64,000 bases of DNA from Catajapyx aquilonaris (lineage: Eukaryota): positions 1 through 64,000 of the forward strand of contig JYFJ02000684.1 of NCBI GenBank assembly GCA_000934665.2, given 5' to 3'. This document shows, piece after piece, positions 38,239 through 51,300 of the stretch. Position numbers and translations under genes: made by a program. The notes beneath the pieces are model-generated. The model was not told where the DNA came from, made no database searches, and was given only the letters and a program-made list of their open reading frames with translations. Numbering within the stretch: position 1 is the stretch's first letter; every line of letters starts with the position of its first letter.

Positions 38239-39303
38239 TGTTCCGGTAAATAATTATTGTTGACCGTCTCATAACAACATTGTAATGGGCTGTAAGAGAA
38301 TCATTATTACAAGACAAGAAGCACTGATGTCGCAAGTGTCAAACTGACCTGAAAAAGAAAATGCATGAGTAGGTACGGATGAATACTTAAAAAAAAAAGA
38401 CAAGTCCAGTCTACACGCATGTATTCGACATCCTGTTAATTTTTTAATCCATATAATAATTATGAACAGTTATCTGTTTTAAACACTACCAGAAACGTGA
38501 ATAATGGAAATCCAGCAAAAAGGTTACCATTGGAGATAAGTTCACAGAGAGTTTATTTACACAGACAAATTTATTTACGTCCTCCTCTTTTACACGTAAG
38601 TAAACTCCCCCTCCCTCCCACTCCCTCTTCCGATTGTCCAATCTTGGCTCCAGACAACTTATACGAACACTACTTGTACACGGGAAATGAAGCGTCGGTC
38701 GCAATGTTACACTAGCAGGTTTTTAAAAATTGCGACCACCTGTTTACCCCCGACAACGGGTTCTATGTACATACAATCCGGCTAATACGTGGCATTGACA
38801 CATTCTCTCTCTCGCTCTCTCTCACTGGTTCACACTTCACACACACACCATGATTGCTCGAACACTTCCAGCTATGACAGGTCCAAGAGCAGACGTATAG
38901 AAGCGTAAATGAAACCTTTGTACTGACCCCTTTATGCAATTGCACCGATGATGGTGGGAATAGGGAGGGAGGAAAAATATTTAATAAAAACTCAATACAC
39001 GTAAAAAAATGTATATGGTAGACACAAATTGCTACGTACGTTAACATCGGGTTGAAAAAAATGTTACGTAGTATTGCGTCCACTTGCAAAGCAAAAAAAA
39101 AAGTTCTTATGGCCATTGGAAGAGTAGGTGGGTTTGGGTTAAATCAGCAACAGGTTCAGACACGCACGTTTCCTAAACATTTACATATTTTTTTCTTTTT
39201 TCCCCCATCGATTTCCACATTATGAATGGTCGAGTGTTGAAATGTAACATGAACAAAATTGGGAGAAACAAAAAAAAAAAAGCACAACAATTGGTCTTTC
39301 ATC

Positions 39304-42300
39304 TCACTTCGGACTGGATGAGTCAGGCATTGGAATGTCCTCGATGGGTAAAGGAATTTCGTCCATTTTAGGGGCGACTGGCTCTTCCTTCTTTTCTTCC
39401 GCCGCAGCTTTGGTTTCTCCGTCCGAGGCCTTAGGTCCACTGTCAGAGCTGCCCGATTTGCCCTCAGCAGCCTCCTTGGATCTGGAGTCAGACCTGTCTG
39501 CCTTTGACTCCTTGGACCGCTGCGATGAGTGTGAACGTGACCTGGATCCAGACCGTGACCTTGACCGTGACCTTGACTTGGACTGAGATGGCGATCTGGA
39601 CCTGGATGCAGAACGTGATCTGGAGTGATCACGACGATATCCCCACACCCGCCTCTTGCGAGTGTCCCTGTTTCGGTCTCGATCTCGGTCTCGGTCTCTG
39701 TCCCGGTCTCGAGCTCCCCTGTCTCGATCCCGGTCCCGGTCTCGATCCCGCTCCCTATCCCGATCTCTGTCACCACGATCTCTGTCCCCTCTGTCCCACC
39801 TGTTGCCGCTCCGGCTGTTGCGTTCCCAGCGGCCGGAAGTACTGCCTCTCTCCCACCTCCTGCCTCGCCATGGAGCAGCTCCCTTGTTGCGGTCTCCGTC
39901 TCCATCGCGTCTCCACCTCCCGCGATACTCGTCCCTCCTGCCTGGAGGTGACCCCTGCGGAGGTACCACTGGGGGTGAGACGGTAGAGTAACCTTGTTGC
40001 TGTGGCTGTTGTGGTGGCCCCTGTGGCGGCGGCTGGGGTCCCCCTTGTTGCGAGTAGTTGAATCTGGTCTGATATGCGAAGACTGGTGGTGGTTGCGGAG
40101 GTGGCCCTTGGAACGGTGCTGGACCAGGTGGAGTACTACCAGTTGAGTATGGTGGGAAGTGACCTTGGGGTGGAGGCTGTTGCGGGGGAGGTGGGTATCG
40201 AGTTGAATAGGAGACGTATGAGGAGGGCGGGTACTGCACTGGGGGTCCTTGCGGAGGTACCATGGGTGGTGGGCCGTGTGGGCCCATGGGAGGTGCGCCA
40301 TGAGGTCCCATTGGTGGTACCCCGTGATGCGGAGGCACCATGGGCAGACCTATGGATGTGGAAGGCATGGGTGGGCCTCCATGAGGGACCATTGGTGGAA
40401 CAACTGGTGGGCCAGACATGGCTGGAACAGGTGGTGGCGCAACATCAGGCATTGATTCAGCTGGTTTTGATGGAAACTCCCGCTCCATCTCGGCAGCTTT
40501 CCGGATCAATTCCGCATCAGACAAGCTGCTCAGGCTGCGGCGAGCTTCAGCGGCTACTTTGGCAGCCTGGGTGCTGCTCGGAGCGGCCACTTTGGCTGCA
40601 GCTGCCCGCTGGCTCCTGGGATCACGCGAAACAGGCTTCGCAGGCTCCGGCTTCTCAGCCACCTGCTCGGTTGGGGCCGCAGCATTCCTCTCACTCTCCT
40701 TCTGCCTGATGCTGGCCAAAATTTCATGCAGGTTAGGCGGAAGAGATATTCCAGCAGCATCCAAGCTGAACTCCCCGGTAGGAGCCCCAGGCGCTGTGGT
40801 TGGTGGAGTGAACGACCTGGACGGGCTGTATATCTCATCCTGAGTGGGTGTGACTGTGCTCCCCGTCTCAGGATGAATGATCCTTGATATACTCTGCAAG
40901 AGATTACTCAGCTGCGGGGCTTCAGAAACTGGCGCAACTGTTGCTGGGGCCTTGGTTAGTGCGCCGGCCATGGTCTTGATTTGCTGCTTCTCCTTTTCAA
41001 TCTTACGGTTGAGTTCCTCCAACAAGCGCTTCTGCTCTGAGGCACCGTCACTGGTGCCCTCATCATGATCCAGGTGGACATCAATATCGCTGTCGGGAGC
41101 ATCGTCGTCACTGTCTCCAGGGCTGTACGGCTCATCTTCTTCACCCAACGATGGGGGAGAAGTGGCAGAGAGACCACTCAGTGGCAAAGGTGGCGGTGGC
41201 GGCGGAGGTTGTTTCCTCTTGCGTTCAATTGGTGGCGTTGTTGATCTGGTTTCGGACAACTGTGGTGGAGGTCGTGGGGGCGTGAAGCTTCGGGAAGACC
41301 TGTCACCCTCGGAGGTGCTACCTCCTGGCAATGGTGGCGTGTAGCTGCGTTCAGGCCGTTCTGCAAGAGATATTGGGATTACAGTGGAACAATTTGCGTT
41401 TGAACACACCTCACTATAAGGAAATACCAAACCGTCGACTGCCTCACCTGTCTCCATGTCCTTGGCCAGGGCTTGGTAGTCGATCATCTTTCTCCGGGTC
41501 TTGGTGGCTGGCTGGTAGGACAGTTTCCCCTTTGCTGCCCTTTTAGTGCCAGTGCTCCCACCCGGAACCCGACTTCTTATGACAATACCCAGCAGCATGT
41601 GCGGCCGGTAGTCCTCAAATCCTGGGCCATCGAGTGGAAGCAATATCTGTGGAATTGGGCTGTGGCTGGCCAGAGGGAGTATGTAGAAGTCCTTGACGGC
41701 AGATCCCAGACTACCCACAACTCCAAACCGATTGCGGCTGGACAAGTAGGTGTAGAAGGAGATGTAGGCGACCTTCTCCTCCTCATTTGCAGGCTGAAAT
41801 CGCACCACCAAGATCTCTTTGGTGCCAGACTTCTTCATCTTTCCGACATAGTCCCACACCGTCTCTGGATTTATTCGACCCACAACATCAATTACAGGTT
41901 GAAGCTCTTCGCCAAGAAACTCTGCTTGGCCTGACACCTCATGGGCAGTGACTCTGAATTTGGCCACGTCCGCCATGTTGATGTGACCATTCCACACCTC
42001 AGGTAGCGAAAAGTCTTGAGGGCTCTCTTCGGTAGTGTCTGGTGTTCTGGAACAGGGAAGAATTTTCAAAAAACATAACTTCGGCACCAAACACTATCCT
42101 CTCTTTCCCACCAAAGTAATGACATATCACATGCTTTTTACATTGTGTAGTCCGGAGACCAGCCAATGATCTCTGAAATGTTTCTAAAGAACATGCGATG
42201 CTTCATTCCTATTTAGTTCGGTAAGCTAAATAGTACTTACTTGATGATAACAGTTGACGATGGCTCCTTGTCGCATCCGTCACTGTCCTCGCTCATTCTC

Positions 42301-45300
42301 ACCTCTCCACCCGTCTCGACTAATCCAGCCTTTTCCGCGTTGGTCCCTCCTCCGCCTTCTTCGTCCTTTTCAGGCACCACTTGCGGCTTCTCAGTCTGAG
42401 GCTTTTCCCTTTTGTTGACCTCCACCGTCACTTTCGCTTTCCCTTTCTTATCCTTCTCCTTGCTGCTCTTCTTCTTTTCTTTGTTGTCTCTCTTCTCCTT
42501 TTTGTTTCCGTCCTCCTTGCGACTGCTGCTCTTGTGCTTCTCCTTCTTGCTGTCCTTCTGTCGCACGGACGTGGAAGAAAGGCCACAATTAAAACACACA
42601 ATTGCAGGGTCGAAGTAACAAACAGGGTGGGAAGCTCGTAATATTATTAACTTGAACAAATCTTGAAAACCACAGCTATGGCCAACTTTCAACAGACTTG
42701 CCTTGTCCTTGGTTCTCTCCTTCTTATCCTTCTCCGAGGCTGACCCAGAGCTGCTGCCACCCTTCACTCCCTTGCTGCTTGATCCCTTTTTCTTGGTGCA
42801 CACGGAGCAGTTAAGGTCAAAAAGGTGGTTGGCATGGTCACTCGTGGTGTCTTGAAGCAGCTCCGAGACTGCAGGAGGAAGTGCCACGGAGGATGACAAA
42901 TCAGCGCCTCCAACGGGCGGGAGAAGTTCAGGCTTGGCCTCAGGAGGGGCCACTCCTCCGTCCTTCCCATCCAGCAGCTTCAGGGAATCGTCCTTCTCGA
43001 TCACGTGCTCTCCCTTGTGGGTTTTCACCACTAAGGTGTTGCTCATTGCCAGCAGCTCCAGTTCGTTCTTCTGAATCATCTCCAGTTGCTGTTAACGAAT
43101 AAAATGTGATGAACTAAATGCAGGTGTGTCTCACACTACAGCAACACAGTATTTGACGGCATATAAGACGCCCCAAAAGTAGCTCAAAAAATCGCATGTA
43201 TGCCCATGTGTGTCATATGCCGTCATGAAAAGTGGACACTCACATGCTTGACCTCCCTCTGCCTCCACTCGGCCAGCTCCTTTGACGCCATCTCCTCTGG
43301 GCTCATCTTGACTAACTGATCAGGGGTCACATGCCCCTTGAGGATCTTCCTGAAGAGGCCAGGGTTTTTCTTGTCCTTGATGTTGAACACCAGGCTGCGG
43401 TGGCGGCTCTTGTACTTCCCACTAGTCCCTCCAAAGTGGGAGTAAAGGCTGTCCTCCACCGACTCCACAATCTTATCCACTTCTTCCTCCTCCATTGTCA
43501 GGTCCTCGCTCTCGGCAATTCTGTCAGAGTAACAAATGTTGGTTGGCTTAAACATTACAAAACCAATGGCGAATATGGTACCGAAGATTCAGTGAATACG
43601 ATGCAATCAAGTTAAACTGTGGTTCCACCTGGTGTAACAAGCACACAATAATGCTCATATTTTTCTCAACGTCATACTTGATACCACTTAGTAACATGAG
43701 CATACCAATCACAATGTAAGTTTACCAACAGGTTGCAACAGAGTTAAAAAAAAAACGAAACCTTTCCGAAAGGCCAGGTCCGGACCACTTCACGTAATGC
43801 TACACTTCATAACATCAAAAGTCTCATGTGGCTCCATACTATCATAATTTATAACTAGGCAATTATAGTGCACACATTCGAAATTTGTCTAGCCTCCATC
43901 TACGACAAAAAATGAAAGCAATTTGCCATTTGGACATATTATCTTCTGCATCAAATGTAACCTAGGCAGCAACGAAAAATTAAAGAGAAAAATAAAAATG
44001 CAACAAAAGAAAAATAGCCAGTACTTTATTAACACCTTTTATTGCTTACAGTAATTTTGTCGTCAGCGTAATATCACAACTTGTAAGTTCCATACCAGGA
44101 ATTCCACTGCAAAAAATTGCCTGCGTGCATCTCCGCCACATATGTCGAGTGAACTTGGAATCACCTTACTGTCTCAAATGGCACATTGCATAAGCATCTA
44201 TGTCAATGTGTGGCACATGTCTACATTTAAGTAAATCTGTCGCCTTAAACCGATAAAGGAGCAAACACCAAGATTTCCACAAATCCATGCTAGCCATGCT
44301 TTCGTTGCAACCTGGAGTAAACTTACACTGCCTCAGGCACACATGTGAGTAAAAAGAGTTCAATTGCAACCTTGCAATAAGGGCATCCTTGAGCATCTTC
44401 TTGACGCCTGGCCTGACTCGTTCGGATCCCTCCCTCCCATCCTCGTCTGCATCGGAAGCGTCTGCGGAGCTGCTCCTCTGCATCGCAGCTCCTCCCTTGA
44501 CTGGAGATCCACCTACCTGAGGCTTGGACCCAGAAGACATGGTACGTCCTCTGGGTTTAGGTGGAGGTGGAGTGAAAGCAGGGGTGGTAGGGGTGGACAA
44601 AGGAGAAGAGGATGTTGCACCCTGTTTTACTGTCTGGACCGGTTGCGGTGGTGGTTTTGCTGGCACTGGTTGGGACAGCACTTTCAGCACTGTCGGTTTT
44701 GTTCCGGGTGGTTTCTTTGGACTTGAGTAGGCGGGGGAAAAAAAACTAGTGTTTACTTGCAGTCTTTCCACATTAATCAGTGATTCCCAAACTTTTTGAC
44801 CCAGACCCCTCAATTTACGTCTAAGATGTAGAGCTATTTCGTTAGGCAAGAAATGAAAAATATGGCTCACCCATAAAACTTGTTTGTAGGATGCAAGACG
44901 CTGGGTCCGAGAATTTCAAAGGTTGGATGCAACTTGAGCCACTTCTCAAGCGTATCCTGCGTGGGTGCCCTCGGACCACGCATCACTCGCCCACTTTTGC
45001 GCTCAAAGACCAAGACCCTGCGCTCCATTGGCGAAGTCGAGGCGGGAGATGGACGTGGGTTTTGTGCACCTTTTTTGGATGGATCAAGCGTCTTCCCGGA
45101 ATCCGTGGAAGGTGTCTTGGTAAGAATCTTGGAAGCCGGCTGGGCTGAGGAAACAGTGCGCAACACCGGGCGTCCTTGCTGGAGGCCTCCTCTGCCTTTC
45201 ATCCCAATGGGAGCGCCACCTTGACGAGTAGCCAATGTTATTTTGGTGCCAGGGGGGTGAGGCACTGGAGAAGAAGTCTGCAGCGTCCTCTTTGCGACAA

Positions 45301-48300
45301 TCTGCAATATAAATGTGTCAATAATAACGTGAATTGCTACTTGCACACCATCCCAAGACTACCAGTAAAATCATGCCATCACACATTCAATAAAGCTGCA
45401 GCTGTGCTCAGTTGAAGGAATTATAAAACGGCCTCACTTTATGGCAGTCTGCCGCAGAGTACTTCAAATAATTATGTGCCATGGCAGAACTTATATTGGA
45501 ACAGGTTTCCAACTGTCTTCACCAGAGAGAAGGCGAGAAAGTTCATCCCGTCATGTAAACGACAATGTGTAAAGCGCAATTATTAAGAATGAACAAGACG
45601 AGTCTTCATCGGGACCCGCAATACTGACCCTAGGGAAACGAGGAAACATACCTGGCCATATCTTACACTGGTTTCACATCTCAGCATATCCAAATGTGGC
45701 ATTCTAGCTGCCATTTTGAGGACACTATCTGATCTTTTATGCTGTGAGGCAATATCTGCAAGTTATTGCTCATTGTGTGCAGTCCCCCCTGATACATGAA
45801 GTAACTTATTCATGCATTGAACTGCAATGGGACAGGGAATAATGTACACAGTTTGCAGAGTGTGAAAAAACTGAAAGCAGTAGGGAGTGCGGGGATGTGG
45901 AATATTTGCAGGTAGACAGACGACTGATGCTCCGCAGATAAGCCACAAATTAAATGTGCTGCAAAATCAAGCTACATTTGACTACCCAGCCTGTTTTATG
46001 ATCAAATGGAGCGAGACGAGCCATGCTGCACATTGAAATGTGTGGCTTATTTTCTAGGAAGGCAGAGAGTAGCTTCTCAAGATGAGAATGAAGTTTGCTG
46101 AATTTTGTGAATCTGACAACAATGTCCTTAATCACTGACCTTCTCGTTGTGCAGAGCATCCCTCGCATGCTTCAATATGCATTTGTCACTGCAATAGATG
46201 CTGCTGGGCCTGGCTTCCTTCTTGCAGACTATGCAAGCGGAACTATCCTTGTCTAGCATTGGGTTTCCCTTCTTCTCTGCTGGAGCATTTCCCTTCTGTT
46301 CATCACCAACCTTCTTATCAGTGCCGCCCTTCTGCTTGGCCATCAGTCCTGAAGGGCCTGAGGGGTCCCTACGTCTGGCTAGTCCTTCTGCCCTCTTCGG
46401 TGCCGGTCGCTTTGGAGCCCCCATCACCTGCTGCGGGCCAGGCTGCTTTGCCTCCGATGCCGTCCCTGCCTTTCCCGCTCCGTTGACACAGTTGGGGCAC
46501 AGCCATTCCTGGCCCTTGTTTTCCAGGTCCTGGCCTAAAAGGAAAAACACACACTCAGACCCGGCAGACATCTTTGTTTTCCAACCAGGACCATTGATCT
46601 GTTTTAATGCCACAACTTCATGAATACCTGATGACCGAGGGTAAACAAAGCACTGGTCAATACTTGCGGTAACTGCAGTGTACGTCTGTCAATCTGGGAC
46701 ACATTTGGCACAAGACACAAGTCCGAGATTTACGTAGAGGTCATTCAACACCCATTTACACAATTCCAATTGCGTCGGCTTAAGTGGTTGGTGATATTTA
46801 TGCACTTAAAATAAATACCTTCCAATGGTTACTTCTGGAGATTATTGAAATATTAATTACTAATATTAGGCTGAATTGGAAAGATGTTTGACGGTCAGTG
46901 CAACTGGTTCCGAGAATGATTTCTTCCCGGGAAGGGCAGTATACCACCCACTTACTTCACCGTTAGTCGTCTCCTGTGATCTGATCAGGCAAATAGAGAT
47001 CACCAGTGCAAATACATTTGAAATGTACCCTACTACTACTACATGTTGGCATGTGAAGTATGAATTATCTGCCATCCCTTGACGTGCCCAACAAATATCC
47101 TGATGTGCTTCGGCACACTTCTCCGTCACAAGGTGATGACGGAAATATTAACGTTGTGCCTTCGGTCATTCTGGCATCCACAGATGGAATAATGTCCCAG
47201 AATGGACACTTCATGGTCCGAAATCCACTCTCTAGGGTTTGTCATTCCCTACTGCATGTGCCATTAGCATGGCACTGCTGGAAATCCTGACTTATCTTTC
47301 TGTTGGCCATAAATCCTTTCAAGAACACAAGCTATTCAAATAGTTAATTTTGATGTGCTTCAGGGCAGTGCCATTTAAGTACAGTAATTTTATTACCGTG
47401 TGGTCAATATCTACCTTTGAAGACCACTACATAAAAATCATGCCTCAAAGAAACTATGCTACTAAAAGCTTTCCAGTGACTGACCCATGGCTTTGGTGAT
47501 TCCAACACACTTTCCATGAAACCACTCCTCGCACTTGTCACAACAAATCATAAAGCGATTGTTGTGGGGCTTCTTGCAGATGCACCACAGTCTGTCAGGG
47601 TCGTCCTCAGAGTTCCAATCCTCGTCTTCTTCCTCTTCGTCATCATCTTCCTCTTCCTCCACTTCTTCCACCTCTTCCTTATCCTCATCATCATCTTCTT
47701 CATCGACCTGCATCGGTTCCTCTGGTTCAACACCATCTTCTTCCACGGCTGGCTCTGGAGTATCCTCCTTCTGCAACTCGGTCAAGGCAGCTTCAATTGC
47801 AGCATCTTCTTTTGAAGTGTCGGTTTCTTCCACCTTCACCTCTTCTGCCTGTGGTTCCTCCTTCACAGCTATCAATTTATGAAAAACAAATATTTATTTG
47901 CAACAGTAATTTAGCCGACATACTGGAAACTATTCGGTCCCAATCATGCCTTCAATTTATTATACTTTCTCATTATGCTTACATAGCAATATGACAAGAC
48001 TATTGTGATCTTACGAATCCCCACAGAATCTACGCAGTTGCACATTCCCACTGCTGTTTGGTGGAAAGCAAGAATCTTCGCACTTTCCCACGCAGAGTAT
48101 GAAATGCCATTAAAAAGTCACTGGTCGGTATGACTTACCCTTAGGGATGTCTTCCACTTTGGGTTCCACTTTCACGGCATCCTTCTTCTCACCTGCACTG
48201 CCTCCAACAGGGCTTGTTGTTGCTGGCTGAGCACTATTCCCTGTTCCTACTCTACGAAGTATGTCCGGGGAGGAGAACAGGGCAGGTTCAAAGGCCTCAG

Positions 48301-51300
48301 CAAGATGAGCTGGAGGCTTCCTATTTTCTCTCTTCGGATACACCTTCCGCTCCTTGGCTGGAGATGTGGGAGTCGGAGGAGTCCCAGGCACCTCTGGAGC
48401 TTTGGGGCTAATCTGAATTGGTGAAGGGGTCTGCTTCTTGCTGGTCTCCGATTCACTCTTGCTGCGTTCAGAAATCTTGGGAATGCGGGGAAGGGGAGGG
48501 TGGTCCTTAGTGGTACCAGGTCCTGACGCCGTGGCAGGAAGTGATGCACGGCGACCTCCCTCTGCACGTTGCGGGTTGGTTGCAGGGTGCCCACTCTTTG
48601 CAGGGGCAGCATTGCTGGACCGACGGGCCTTTGACTTCTTCACTGGCGACAAAGCTGAAATGACATTTGTTTCTATATGAATTCTCCACATGTACGGCAT
48701 GTATTTTGCATATTTGAATGTGCAAGTGCAGACTGGCACATCTATGTACAAATTTGGGGATGGACAAACTTACGAGTCTGCTTCTCCTCTCCTGCTTCCT
48801 CTCCACTGGAAGCAGATTCATCTGCCACACTTTTGGTGGGCTTCTTTTTCCCCTTTGCCTGCCCTTTTGTCCCTCCAGCAGGCCCAACAGGAGTAGTAGG
48901 AGGCGATGCTTGCTCAGCAGGTGCAGGGGCAGGGGCAACTGCTTTAGCCGCTCCTCCCACTTCCTTCTGCTTCTGCAGCAACTCCTTTTCTCTGGCCATC
49001 ATTTCCTCATTCTCCGCCCTGATCTTCTCCGCCTGCTCCCTCTCTGCTCGGTCAATTTGGCGTTGAGAGCGACGCACTGGGGATGGGTTTGAGGCATTTC
49101 CCTGAAGCGGAGGGGGAAAGAATTAGCACGGTGGTAAAGTACATGAGGAGAGATACCTAAGCAAAGTCAGACATAATTATAATTTGTGAATACTATGTCA
49201 GAATAGTCAGTTAGCTCTTGAAAATGGATTCTAGTCAATGGTACATGACAGCATGCTATTCATACAAAATCATAATTAAAATTCACTCAATAATGACTCA
49301 GTTTAAAGACAAAACAATTTTCTGCAGAAGCCATGCTTTTAACGTTGAATTCAACAATAAAATGAGACTTTTAACCTTGTTTCCTCCTCCTCCTCCTTTG
49401 CTGCTAGTAACGCTTGTGTCACTGTCACTATGGTCCATGCTGTCACTCGCAACAGCAGCAGACATGGCTGATGCACTCTTGGACGGCGAGGGCTGCTGGG
49501 CTCCACTGCGCTGACCCCCAGAATGGTGGCCATACGACATCCCAGGAAAAGTGGTGTAACAGTGGTCCATGAAAATGGAGTTGGTCAGAATGGATTGCTT
49601 TGATTGATCGGGAGGCGGCACCTCATTTGAGGCTGACTCTGTGGAAATAAAGAGTTTACTCATTAATTCAAATGGTTCAAGCTATTTGATGGAGCTTCAA
49701 AACCCATGCTCGAAAATACAGATAAATATACCTGTAGATTGAGTAAGTAGGTTGCCCGTGAAGAGTTCCTCGAGATTCTTGTCCAACTCAGAGGGTGCCT
49801 CCTGACCTGTATAATTGCAAACAGGATTATAATTACAGTTCACAGCATTTTAGACTTATTAATTAGCATGAGGTGACGTGGGGGAAGTGCATCCCCATTT
49901 TGTAATAGATCACTTTCAATCAACTGCAGCATTCGCCTTATTCCTTGTATTTGAATGAAATTTTTTCTGCGGCTACACTGGTATGGTACTAAAGCACTGC
50001 ATGACGAAAAATGATTCATAACTGACAAAATGCTTTTGAGGCAGCAACAATCAAACATAATCATGCATGGGGTGTTGGACATTAATCGAGTCATACTGAT
50101 CGCGACATGTTTCGAAGCGGCAGAGGAGTGCACTGCAGCTATCAAGTGGGGGCCGTGTGAGCACAGTGGCAGACCCTGCTCGTGACGTCTCAGGCTACAT
50201 GCAATCGTTCAAAACAAGTTGGAGGGAGCGGGTGATGTTACTAGCAGGGTCTATCACTTCTTACTCACCAGCCCTCACTTCATGGACACTTCGATGGACT
50301 CTTCTGCCACCGCCACATGTCCCTAGCAGTACGACGCGATTAATGTCCAATACTGTACTACCACCTCAGGTTTCTTTTCATTCAAACAACTGAAATGTCC
50401 TACTAACCCAAAATTGCAGCCACATTCTCTCCAAGTATCTGTTTGGCTTGTTCCGACTGAAGCACAGTCTCCAGCTTCTGAATCTGCTCTTGATCCAGCT
50501 CCAGAAAGGGGTCCACGCCTTCTCCCGACCCTGTCCCTGTCCCGCCTGACTCGGACGCGGCTGAAGCTGGCTTTCCCGCAGCCGGTGGTGCCTCTGTCCC
50601 TCCGTCGTCATCATCCCCACCAGAAGGAAACTCAGAATTGCTGTCATTGTTGTCACCTGAAGAAAAGACTTCAGGACTAGCCTCAATGGTGCCCCCTGCA
50701 GGGAAGATCCCCTCCACAGTCACACTGACATGGGGGCGGCTCCCCCTGCCACTGCCGCCTTCTCTCCCTCTGTCACTCCCACCCTCCTCACCACCACCAC
50801 TGCCTTCCTGGCTGTCACATGTACCTGTCGAGTCTTGACTGCTGTCGTCATTGGCACCAAGACGCACTACGCTCACCCTAGTTGGATCAACTGCAGAAAA
50901 AATGATGTAGCACGCCATACATACATTGTTCATTCAAATTCTAACCCATTCCCCCTCTTGTAAACTGACATAGCATAGGAGTTGTATTCCGTGCCAATAA
51001 TGCTTTAAATGAGGGGCTAGTCACCGATTTGGAATAGTCCAGTGGGAAGGACAGGGCAGTGGAAAGGACAGGGCAGTGGAAAGGAAGGGCAGGCGTTTCC
51101 CCTGTGTGGACACCTTTATGGTGAACCACTAGCCGAGATCCCAGCCGGAACACCTAAAGGACTACTCTCTTCACCCATCCTATGCCAGCCACACTAGCTA
51201 CTCCAGTTTTTATTGCGATACTCACCCATAAGTCGTTGGAGGGTCTGCTGGTCCATGGAAACTGTTCCATCGCTATTGAGGATAACCACAAAGGACTCAG

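Noticed and set aside
39156..41934. Long alternative-frame and antisense ORFs over the DIDO1-like 3' exon
   Set aside because: Shadow ORFs of GC-rich, low-complexity coding sequence
45652..45755. Possible poison exon in a DIDO1-like intron
   Set aside because: Plausible splice sites and an in-frame stop, but such pairs arise by chance and nothing else supports it
47134..47290. C/D-box snoRNA (TGATGA...CTGA)
   Set aside because: Antisense to the host gene and no terminal stem
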